Shown: in pieces, positions 26,760-35,234 of the stretch | Position numbering within the stretch: position 1 is the stretch's first letter | Layout: every line of letters starts with the position of its first letter | From: Promethearchaeota archaeon | Lineage (GTDB): Archaea; Asgardarchaeota; Lokiarchaeia; Sigyniarchaeales; SOKP01 | Direction: 5' to 3' | Length of the DNA: 35,234 bases | Assembly (NCBI GenBank): GCA_048938445.1 | Contig: JBHLME010000037.1 | Coordinates: 1-35,234 of the forward strand | Made by a program: the position numbers and the translations under genes | Notes under the pieces: model-generated | Told to the model about the DNA's origin: nothing | The model's input: only the letters and a program-made list of their open reading frames with translations | Database searches by the model: none

Positions 26760-28625
26760 ATGGAAATTCTATTAAGTCTGTTACCTTGGATTATCATTAG
26801 TGTAATATTTTGGGGTTTTGTTTTACTTGCCGCCTATTTATTGAGAAATAAAAAGGATGCAGTATATGTTTTTTTCCCCCTTCTAGCAATGTTTAAGACA
26901 AAGAGACTAAATAAGATTATTAAAAAAATTTCAAGTAAAGCCCCTCGATTTTGGCGGATTTTTTGGACAATTGGAATATTTGTCAGTTTTTGTTTCACTA
27001 TTTATGCGTTCTGGTTTTTTTTTACGAATTTTATAGATCTTATTTTTAGACCTCAAATTACTAACGTGATTGCTCCATTAATTCCCGGAGTTACCATTTC
27101 TCTTCAATCATTTGTTTATTTAATTTTACCCTTAATAATAATTATGACCACTCATGAATTAGCACATGGGATCTCAGCTAATGTTGATGGATTAGAAGTT
27201 AAATCATCTGGAGTCTTAGGTGCAGGATTATTTTTTTTAATTGGTTTTGGAGCTTTCGTGGAAGTTGATGAGAGAAAATTAAGGTCTTCAAAATATAAAA
27301 GGTCTACAAGATTACGAGTAGCAACTTCGGGGACATTTGTAAATGCTATAACAGCAGGTATTGCATTTCTCTTGTTTTTTTCCTTTCCTTACTTGATATC
27401 ACCTTATTATCAGAAGACAATTCAGGTTGAATCTGTTTTACTTTCAGATGATGGAGGTTTTAATTATGGAAATTTGACTAAAGGTGATGTAATAGTTGCA
27501 GTAAAAGAAGGTTCGGGTGATTATGTATATATTGATTATAATTTTGATATAGGCCTCTATATTTCTGTTTTCCAGAATAAAACCATTATTTCTTGTTCGG
27601 TTGGAGATATTTTAACAGTCCTAACTTATAATCCCATATCTGACACGATACAAGAAAAAAATATTACTCTCGGTCCTTCCTATTATTATGGCATAGAATT
27701 TGGAAAATTTAATGAAAGTGCTATTACTATTACACGAATTTATACTAAAGTTGAAGGTGGGAATAATTATGATAAAGGATTAACAGTGGGACAAATTTTT
27801 ACTGAAATTAATGGAACTGCGATTAATTATACCACTAAAAATACTTTAGAAAAATTTTTAACAAATTACAATCTTCAATCATTAAATTTAACAGCATTAG
27901 ATTCAACGCAATATTCTCTTAATATTACAAATATCGGGATTCGTCTTGGAGTGATATGGAATGATTATTATTATTGGATGCATAAAAATGATTTTGCAAA
28001 ATTTTTTACCCCAGCTTGGCCAGATTTTTTATATAAAACGGTTTTTTGGTTATTAGCGATCTCTTTTAGCATTACGCTTTTTAATATGCTTCCATTACCA
28101 ATTTTTGATGGAGATCGAGCCGTTAAAGAAGTAATTAATGGTGTCATAGGAGAAGGGAAATATACCATAAAAAAGAAGAAAAAAGAAAAATTTTACTATA
28201 AAAAGGGTGATAATAAAATACATTTATCAGAATTCCGTGTGGAAAATGTCGATTATATCAAAATAAATCTGACTAAAGATAAATCTACAGAAAAACCATC
28301 AAAAATAATTAAAGATAATTTGACAAATCAAAATGATCTATCAAAAGAAAAACCCCATGTTCTTATAGGAAAAGAAAATTACAACCTTATTGATGATTTA
28401 GGAGATGGATTTAAAGATACAATATTGTTAAACCTACCAGGCGAGACAGATTTAAAAGAGGATTCCCTAATTGAAGTATCATATGAATATTGGCAAGATG
28501 AGAGGACTAAAATTAAGAAATCGATATTATATACCCTTAGATTAATCACGTTATTTATAGTTGTTGGGAATTTTGTACTTTCTTATGTAAAATTTGGATT
28601 TGGGCTATTCTGGATTAATTTATAA
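26760..28625 (+). CDS. Site-2 protease (peptidase M50) with PDZ-like domains
   Basis: HELAH zinc motif, GAFVE, FNMLPLPIFDG, several TM helices, two PDZ-like segments (LTKGDVIVAV; LTVGQIFTEING). Confidence 0.9.
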   Translation: MEILLSLLPWIIISVIFWGFVLLAAYLLRNKKDAVYVFFPLLAMFKTKRLNKIIKKISSKAPRFWRIFWTIGIFVSFCFTIYAFWFFFTNFIDLIFRPQITNVIAPLIPGVTISLQSFVYLILPLIIIMTTHELAHGISANVDGLEVKSSGVLGAGLFFLIGFGAFVEVDERKLRSSKYKRSTRLRVATSGTFVNAITAGIAFLLFFSFPYLISPYYQKTIQVESVLLSDDGGFNYGNLTKGDVIVAVKEGSGDYVYIDYNFDIGLYISVFQNKTIISCSVGDILTVLTYNPISDTIQEKNITLGPSYYYGIEFGKFNESAITITRIYTKVEGGNNYDKGLTVGQIFTEINGTAINYTTKNTLEKFLTNYNLQSLNLTALDSTQYSLNITNIGIRLGVIWNDYYYWMHKNDFAKFFTPAWPDFLYKTVFWLLAISFSITLFNMLPLPIFDGDRAVKEVINGVIGEGKYTIKKKKKEKFYYKKGDNKIHLSEFRVENVDYIKINLTKDKSTEKPSKIIKDNLTNQNDLSKEKPHVLIGKENYNLIDDLGDGFKDTILLNLPGETDLKEDSLIEVSYEYWQDERTKIKKSILYTLRLITLFIVVGNFVLSYVKFGFGLFWINL

Positions 28626-28631
28626 ATAGAA

Positions 28632-29621
28632 GTGACAGAAATTACTAACTTTCAAGTTTTTTTTAAACAAGGAATTTGTACAATTTGTAAAAAAGATGCG
28701 TTCATAATTCATAGAAAGCACTCGGGAGATAATTTTTGTTCAAATTGTTTTACAGAAAGTATTGAAAAAATCATATACAAGACAATTTCAAAATACAAGA
28801 TGCTCCAACCGAGAGATAAAATAATTGTTGCTATCTCTGGCGGTAAAGATTCTTTAGCTCTATTATATAACCTTATAAAAATACAAGAAAGAAATTATCA
28901 TGCTGAACCTCTAATAGCATTATCTATTGATGAAGGCATTCATGATTACCGGGAGAATAGTCTACAAAATGCAAAGCAATTCTGTAAAAAATATAATATT
29001 GAACATATAATCATCCCATTTAAAGAGAAAATAGGAGTTACACTTGACCAAATTAACGAAATGATAAAAAAAACGGATGATTTTAGATATACATGTAATT
29101 ATTGTGCTGTAATACGCAGGAGATTGATTAATGATGGAGCAAAAGAACTAGGAGGTAATGTCATAGCATTAGGTCATAACCTTACAGATCTTGCTGAAAC
29201 ATATCTTATGAATATTTTATTCAATAGATTTCATCTCATTTCTAATCAATACCTATTCAAATCTGAAAGTTCAGAAATAAATAGGCATTTCTTAAAAAAA
29301 ATAACACCATTAATGAAAATCCCTGAAGAAGAAATCTTTTTATATTCCAATATTAAAAAGATTGATTATCATACATCTCACTGTCCTTTCAGAGAGGAAG
29401 ATCCGATATTAAGAAAGAGAGTATTAAATTTTATTGAAGAATGCAAGCAATATAGTCCAGAAATAGAATTTAATCTCTTTAACGGATTTTTAAAATTATC
29501 AGAATTGCTATACAATCAACTCGATTTAAAAGAGTATGATTCATGCGAACAATGTGGATATCCAAGTGGCGGTAATAATCTATGTAATTTTTGCCAATAT
29601 ATAAATAAATTTAGAAACTAA
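28632..29621 (+). CDS. ttuA: tRNA 2-thiolation protein (TtuA/Ncs6/CTU1 family)
   Basis: N- and C-terminal Zn fingers, SGGKDS, CNYCAVIRR, GHNLTD, HCPF. Confidence 0.88.
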   Translation: MTEITNFQVFFKQGICTICKKDAFIIHRKHSGDNFCSNCFTESIEKIIYKTISKYKMLQPRDKIIVAISGGKDSLALLYNLIKIQERNYHAEPLIALSIDEGIHDYRENSLQNAKQFCKKYNIEHIIIPFKEKIGVTLDQINEMIKKTDDFRYTCNYCAVIRRRLINDGAKELGGNVIALGHNLTDLAETYLMNILFNRFHLISNQYLFKSESSEINRHFLKKITPLMKIPEEEIFLYSNIKKIDYHTSHCPFREEDPILRKRVLNFIEECKQYSPEIEFNLFNGFLKLSELLYNQLDLKEYDSCEQCGYPSGGNNLCNFCQYINKFRN

Positions 29622-29623
29622 TA

Positions 29624-30613
29624 TTATTTTATTAAATACTCGCCCATTTCTTTTAGTTTAGCATATTTTCTTATTTCTTCCTTGAATAAAGGAACTTCAA
29701 TGAGATTTATTTTCATTCTTCTTCCGAAAATGTCCTTAATTTTTTCTAAATTCCTCTGTTGCATTAATCTTCGAGATTTACAGAAATCACATAAATCCGT
29801 ATTATCTGGGTATAATTGATTTACCACGATATTAGAATGTGGTATCTGGTATTTTACTAATTCATTGATCAGTCTTCCTGTTTCAGTGATTGCCATTTCT
29901 TCTGGTATCATGACAATGACGAAATTATTTTTTGAAGGATCTATCAAATCATCACGTGCATTTATAATGGAATCATTAAATTTTTCTAATAATTCTAAGG
30001 AATTATCTTCCTCTTTTTCTTCCCTTGAAAACATCCTCTTTAAGGCACCAAACATCTTTCCGATTTTCATCCTCATTTTTAAGATTTTTCCTATCCATCC
30101 TGAAAGGGTCTCAGGTAATCCCAGAAATCTTAATGTATGTCCGGTGGGTGCTGTATCAAAAATGATTAAATCATAATCATGCTCTGTTTCAATAAATTCT
30201 AATACTTTCCCAAAAGCTAATGCTTCATCTATCCCTGGAGGATTCATTGAAGCTAACTCTTGGATATCACCCATACCAAATCCTTCCATGATCCCGCCCA
30301 TTCCAGGTAATCCCATGTCTTCCATGGGATTTATACTTGTTAAACCCTGAAGTTCTGACATATTAGCCTTAGGATTTATTTCTAACGCAGTTAAATTCGG
30401 AACACCTATTACAGGTGTAGGTTCTCCTGGAGGCAAGTCCATTCCCAAACTATCACCTAAAGAATGAGCAGGATCCGTACTAATAATTAAAGTATTGCGT
30501 CCTTGTTCTGCAGCCCAAATAGCTGAACTTGCAGCACTACTCGTTTTTCCAACCCCTCCTTTACCCCCAAACATGACCATTTTTAAATTCAATAATGCGT
30601 GTTTTAAGTCCAT
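29624..30613 (-). CDS. get3: Get3/TRC40/ArsA family ATPase
   Basis: GKGGVGKT, STDPAHSL, PGIDEA, DTAPTGHTLRFL, Met-rich insert, CDFC..R dimerisation motif. Confidence 0.9.
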   Translation of the reverse strand: MDLKHALLNLKMVMFGGKGGVGKTSSAASSAIWAAEQGRNTLIISTDPAHSLGDSLGMDLPPGEPTPVIGVPNLTALEINPKANMSELQGLTSINPMEDMGLPGMGGIMEGFGMGDIQELASMNPPGIDEALAFGKVLEFIETEHDYDLIIFDTAPTGHTLRFLGLPETLSGWIGKILKMRMKIGKMFGALKRMFSREEKEEDNSLELLEKFNDSIINARDDLIDPSKNNFVIVMIPEEMAITETGRLINELVKYQIPHSNIVVNQLYPDNTDLCDFCKSRRLMQQRNLEKIKDIFGRRMKINLIEVPLFKEEIRKYAKLKEMGEYLIK

Positions 30614-30672
30614 TATGAAAAATACCTCATCAAATTATTAAATTTGGAAGTTATTTATATTTAATATCAATT

Positions 30673-31941
30673 TTAATAGCTAACTTTATATCGTAGAAGA
30701 GCCACAATCCCTCCAAATGTACTATATAATGACTCTCCTAATTCCGTCTCTGTAGAAATGATTTCTACATCTGTTCCAGTAGTTTCTGCGATATCACCAA
30801 GCTCTTCAACTATAGATTGTTTTTTTAAAATATTGAATGTATTTGAACTGCATTTTGGACATATTTCATCCTGAATTTGATTTTCTACATTTAATAGTTC
30901 TTGCTCTCTAGCAAGTCTATTATCAGTATAATCACAATTTGAGCATCCCAATTCTAAATTATATGTATCTATTTTTTCAGAAAGGATCAAAATATCCACA
31001 GCACCATAATTTAAAGCTTTTTTTACTTCTTGATAACCATAGATAGCCAAATCATTATCTTTAGTTAACTCTTTCATGAATCTGTTCATGATTTGTGATT
31101 CACGGACATACTTGATATCCTCCATTTGGTCTTTAACTTTTTCTACTAATGCTCGGAGACCTTCTGTTCCACCATAACCCAAATCAACTACATCTAAAAT
31201 TTTTTCTCTTAAACGGTAATCTAAGCTCTCATCGCTAACAAATTTTTCTTTTGATGGACCTGGTCCACCAATAAAAATTCCATTTAATTCCTCCATGTTT
31301 AAAAACAATTCATTTATTTCATCTGAAATCCTTCTATAAAAATTTTTTTCACCCTCTTCAATTAATCGTTCAAACCTTCTTTGTGACTGACCTCCTGCTC
31401 TGTGTTTACCGTGAATTCCTGAAGTAAATTCTCTTACTATCTCCATGTGATTACCTCTCACGTAGCCTACGGCAGATTCCTGTCTTCCGATACATAATAA
31501 TCCATATGTTTCTTTCGGCTCGAGAGTTTCCTCTAAAGGCCATAATAAAAATTCACTTGCACAATGATACCTGAAAGTTTTTACTTTCTCTGGAGGATCA
31601 ACTATATACTTTTCCATTTTTTCAGTTCCTGGAGTGTTATTCTGAGGAATTGCACCCGCAAACATTACTACACCATTTTCCGGTACGTCTTTATAATTTT
31701 TTAGCATGCCTAATAACGTTGAAATTCCATCCAGTACATTTTTTCTTGTTAATTTTGACTTTATATTCTGGCTTTCACTTATCTCATTTTTAAGATAATT
31801 GGTTACATCTGATAATTTCCGATCGTGGGGGATATAGAGTGAGATTAGTTCTGTATGGAAGCCTTTTTTTGCTTTGAGCTCTTGTATTAATTTTTTAGCT
31901 TTGTATCTCTTTAAATCATTGCTTTTATGTTTTTCTTCCAT
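30673..31941 (-). CDS. prf1: Peptide chain release factor aRF1
   Basis: TELISLY, NIKS, YHC, GGQSQRRF, Zn minidomain CSNC..CPKC, FGGIVALLRY. Start most likely MEEKH (31941) rather than 31971. Confidence 0.95.
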   Translation of the reverse strand: MEEKHKSNDLKRYKAKKLIQELKAKKGFHTELISLYIPHDRKLSDVTNYLKNEISESQNIKSKLTRKNVLDGISTLLGMLKNYKDVPENGVVMFAGAIPQNNTPGTEKMEKYIVDPPEKVKTFRYHCASEFLLWPLEETLEPKETYGLLCIGRQESAVGYVRGNHMEIVREFTSGIHGKHRAGGQSQRRFERLIEEGEKNFYRRISDEINELFLNMEELNGIFIGGPGPSKEKFVSDESLDYRLREKILDVVDLGYGGTEGLRALVEKVKDQMEDIKYVRESQIMNRFMKELTKDNDLAIYGYQEVKKALNYGAVDILILSEKIDTYNLELGCSNCDYTDNRLAREQELLNVENQIQDEICPKCSSNTFNILKKQSIVEELGDIAETTGTDVEIISTETELGESLYSTFGGIVALLRYKVSY

Positions 31942-32131
31942 ATTCATCACTTTCAACAAGAAATATAACATTTCACAAGATTAATAGTTTTTCCTCTATG
32001 AATAAACATTTTCAGAACTATTTGGTCAAATAAATATCCTCTTTAATTTTGATAATATTTTATTAAAAAAAGTTGAAACCATTTTAACTAATTAACTAAA
32101 TTTTAATATTTTAAACGTTATTAGTATAATT

Positions 32132-32656
32132 ATGGGAACAGATAAAGAAATAAGATCACCCCCTTATGAGAATGATATTGACCGCTCATCTTTTATTATT
32201 AGAGAATGTTTACTTGAAGATTTAGAAGGGGTAATAGAAGTTAATGAAAAAGAATTACCAGAAGATTATCCTTATTTTTTTTACAAGAGCATTCTTGATA
32301 ATTTTCCAGAATCATTTCTTGTCGCAATTAATAATAATGGTAAAATAATTGGCTATGTAATGTGGAGAGTTGAAAGAATTCCTTCAATGAATAGTCTTAA
32401 AATAATTAATAAAGGACATTTGGTTTCAATAGCAGTTTTAAATGAATATAGAAGAAAAGGTATTGCAACAGAATTGCTCGCAAGAAGCATGCCAAAAATT
32501 AAGGAAAGAACCATAATAGAATATGTACTTGAAGTAAGAGTATCAAATTACGCAGCATTAGACTTGTATAAAGGATTAGGGTATAAAATCGATAGTATAA
32601 AAAAAAAATATTATCGAGATGGTGAAAATGCTTATTATATGATAAAAAAAATCTAA
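32132..32656 (+). CDS. ard1: Ard1/RimI-type N-terminal acetyltransferase
   Basis: LPEDYPY.F, GHLVSIAV..YRRKGIA, LEVRVSN..A..LY, YYRDGENAY. Confidence 0.9.
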   Translation: MGTDKEIRSPPYENDIDRSSFIIRECLLEDLEGVIEVNEKELPEDYPYFFYKSILDNFPESFLVAINNNGKIIGYVMWRVERIPSMNSLKIINKGHLVSIAVLNEYRRKGIATELLARSMPKIKERTIIEYVLEVRVSNYAALDLYKGLGYKIDSIKKKYYRDGENAYYMIKKI

Positions 32657-32678
32657 TTAATACTTTGTCTACTTTCTC

Positions 32679-33548
32679 TCATTTTATAAATTTATCTAGA
32701 CTCGTTTGATTTTTTGCCACTGTTCCTGATTCCTTTTTAATTTGTAAAAGATCAACCTTTTTTGGATTTATTCTTGGTTCAAGATTTAATTCTCTCATCA
32801 TCATCAAGGAATTTTTAGCAGCATACCCAGAAAAATGGTTGTTAAAATAAATTCCAATTTTATCAGCTTTATTAATAATTTGCTTTATTGATACTGCCCA
32901 ATTGTGTATTTCGTCCTCTGTAAAACAATAATTAAACCAAGGTTTCTTGCCATAACCATGGAATCTAATATATACGAACGCTGGATTTGTAATGTCCATT
33001 CTAGGAGGAAGTAAGGGTTCAATTACAGCACAATACGTGATAGAATTCTTAGTTAAGTAATTAAAAATAGAATCTTCCATCCATGAATCGTGCCTGAATT
33101 CAACTGCAAGATGATAACCATCTTCTTTCATATCACCAGGCCAATTTTTAATAAATTCTCTCAAGTTTCCAAAGTGATCCTCCTTTGTAAATGATGGAGG
33201 CAGTTGAATTAAAAAAGAAATTAACTTCTTGGATGTTATTAAGGGTTGCATGGCATCTAAATACGCGTTTAAATTGGAAAAGCACTTATCTAAATCTAAT
33301 TTATGTTCATGCGTTATTGATTTAGGAAGTTTAGCTGTAAAGTAAAAATTTGAAGGAGTGCGGGTTACCCAACTATTTACAATCCATTTAGTTGGTGTAT
33401 TGTAAAAGGTAGTATTAATCTCGTTTGTATAAAAAATTTTAGAATAAAATGTTAGAAAGTCTTTTGATTTTATCCCTTTTGGATAAAAGGGACCAATCCA
33501 CTCGTCATAACCCCATCCAGACGTGCCCACTAATATTTTGTTTTCCAT
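32679..33548 (-). CDS. DUF72 (YecE-like) protein
   Basis: VGTSGWGY..W.GPFYP, EINTTFY, ITH, QLPPSF, VEFRH.SW, YIRFHG, YFNNH. Confidence 0.92.
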   Translation of the reverse strand: MENKILVGTSGWGYDEWIGPFYPKGIKSKDFLTFYSKIFYTNEINTTFYNTPTKWIVNSWVTRTPSNFYFTAKLPKSITHEHKLDLDKCFSNLNAYLDAMQPLITSKKLISFLIQLPPSFTKEDHFGNLREFIKNWPGDMKEDGYHLAVEFRHDSWMEDSIFNYLTKNSITYCAVIEPLLPPRMDITNPAFVYIRFHGYGKKPWFNYCFTEDEIHNWAVSIKQIINKADKIGIYFNNHFSGYAAKNSLMMMRELNLEPRINPKKVDLLQIKKESGTVAKNQTSLDKFIK

Positions 33549-33842
33549 TTACAATACCTGTATTAAAAGGTTTTTCCAATCCACGATAGAAATATCTTTT
33601 TTTTTATTTAAATACATAGTCCCCCTTAATCATTATTGTTTCTTAAATTTTAATGAATTGATCTTGATTATTCAGATCTACAATGTCTCCTTTTAAAGTT
33701 TATGGATTTGAATAGTAAAATTTTTAACAAAGCATTTACTCTTATATTTTGTCGTTGATGATTTTTTCTAAAATGAAAATGATACGACAATTGTTATTAA
33801 GGAAAAAAATATCTCATCACGTTGATGACATATCCTATATAA

Positions 33843-33993
33843 CTGGCAAGGGCCCCGGGAAAGTACACCATTAAGAACCTTCGAGCTTTAATCAAGGTAA
33901 TGGTGATATCATATATGATATTTGAAAAAATTAACGGACATCATTACTGTTCTTGAAATCTTGCCGTTAATAATACGGGAACCGGGATACCAG
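33843..33993 (+). ncRNA. Structured RNA element, probably in the pre-23S rRNA leader
   Basis: Nested pairings CTGG/CCAG and CCCGG/CCGGG enclose hairpins CACCATTA/TAATGGTG, ATATCA/TGATAT and TTAACGG/CCGTTAA; locally GC-richer than flanks. Confidence 0.4.
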
Positions 33994-34234
33994 ATGTCAA
34001 GCATTAAAAAAAATGCTCATAGGAACATTCTCCCTATTATAATATGAGTCTTCAAATTATGGTATACAATTATATTTTTAATTGTTGTAATTTGTAATGT
34101 CTCGAATCGTCAAGGTTGATACTTGCTTTACTATTAAAATTATAAAGCAAAAGTAATGGTAATTTAAAGACCAAACTGAATCTTACAAGCTTTTGTACAA
34201 GCAATCTGAACCTTTCCTTTATTAGACGCCAATA

Positions 34235-35234
34235 CGCCTCCGCTATTTGGTGGATATCTTGGCTTGGGCACCGATGAAGAGCGTGGCAAGCTGCGATAAG
34301 CTTGGGTTAGTCGCATGCAGACGCAGACCCCAAGATCCTCGAATAGGACATCCACTTGCGAACCAATAATTCGCAAGATTCCCGGCAGGGAAGGGGAACC
34401 CTGGGAAGTAAAACATTTTAGTACCAGGAGGAAAAGAAAACAATAGTGATTCCGTGAGTAACGGCGAGCGAAAGCGGAATAGATCAAACCGAATCCTTAG
34501 GGAAACCTAATGGAAATGTGGTGTATGGGCCTCGTACGACCTAACCAGCTAAGGTGAATACCTCTGGAATGCCGAACCATAGAGCGTGATAGTCGCGTAG
34601 CTGTAAACTGGAAGGTTGCTGCGGGAGTCCCTGAGTAGTGCGGGATGGTTTTCTCGTACGAACGTGCCAGACACACACTGGCAAATCTAAATATGTCCCA
34701 AGACCGATAGTGCAATAGTAGCGTGAGCGAAAGATGAAAAGTAACCCGGAAGGGCCGTGAAAAGTGCTTGAAACCAAATAGCTTAATAAGGATGCAGCCT
34801 GAAAGGATAGATTCTGGGCGAATGTGTTCTGGTGACGGAACAACAGAGTTCAGAGGACTAGGGTTGCATCATCAGTCTGGAATCATTGGCCAGGGAGTTT
34901 ATGGTTGAGGCGAGCTTAAGTGTCGTGCGACACGTAGGCAAAGGGAAACCGATATTCTTGCAGCTCAATTATCACATTGGAATAGTCCTCTCGACCGCGA
35001 GTGGTTCTGCCACTCAACGTCGTTTGGATGGGTTCCTCTAAGGGATTGAGTCAGAAGAATGGTCTCAAAGGGCCAAGAGTCTCAGCCATAATACCCGAAG
35101 CCGGTCGATCTATTCCTGGGCAAGATGAAGTCGTCCGAAAGGGCGATGGAGGTCTGCAGTAGTGCTGACGTGCAATTCGCTTACATGACCTGGGAATAGG
35201 AGCAAAAGGCTAATCTAGATCGGTGTTAGCTGGT
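34235..35234 (+). rRNA. rrl: 23S rRNA, 5' portion (start approximate; truncated by window end)
   Basis: Conserved LSU motifs GGTGGAT, CGATGAAG, CTGCGATAAG, GAAGTAAAACATTTTAGTACC, AGTAACGGCGAGCGAA, GACCGATAG, ACCCGAAGCCGGTCGATCTA, GCTAATC. Confidence 0.96.

Noticed and set aside
539-30176. Other short overlapping ORFs in the track (e.g. 539-727, 2211-2417, 3380-3664, 6959-7192, 9409-9624, 14672-15067, 24885-25115, 29865-30176)
   Set aside because: Nested in or antisense to well-supported genes, with no independent motifs.
33850-33870. GGGAAAGTAC resembling the RNase P RNA 5' motif GAGGAAAGTCC
   Set aside because: No matching 3' P4 strand (AACAGAA..GCTTA) or other conserved RNase P regions found.
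34164-34843. Four minus-strand ORFs
   Set aside because: Antisense to 23S rRNA; typical spurious rRNA ORFs.
1-35234. CRISPR arrays, transposases, tandem repeats
   Set aside because: None recognised by eye; only A/T homopolymer runs typical of AT-rich intergenic DNA.

Overview
AT-rich archaeal chromosomal window, most consistent with an Asgard archaeon of the Lokiarchaeia type: it carries a Rab-like GTPase, a profilin, a gelsolin-like protein, a RING-like protein, Get3, RPA1/RPA2, MfnB and a 23S rRNA with an enlarged ES9. Most of it is housekeeping: translation and ribosome biogenesis (aIF1, aIF2-beta, NMD3, RIO1, KH/Dim2, aRF1), transcription (TFB, Rpo12), FtsZ, tRNA thiolation and amino-acid/cofactor synthesis. 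There are four tRNA genes. Three are split by multiple bulge-helix-bulge (BHB) introns: Asn has three, Leu and initiator Met have two each. The window ends in the 5' part of a 23S rRNA gene with no 16S gene upstream. The most interesting signals are: (1) the aIF1/SUI1 gene, missing from the ORF track, has no ATG/GTG/TTG start and appears to begin at ATT, as does the aroA'-type aldolase, suggesting an IF3-like autoregulatory non-AUG initiation circuit; (2) a tandem pair of a C-terminally extended profilin and a membrane-anchored gelsolin-like protein; (3) the multi-intron tRNAs; (4) a Whirly-like putative ssDNA-binding protein; (5) a structured leader upstream of the 23S gene. No CRISPR array or mobile element was seen. 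All protein assignments are by motif recognition by eye, with no database searches.
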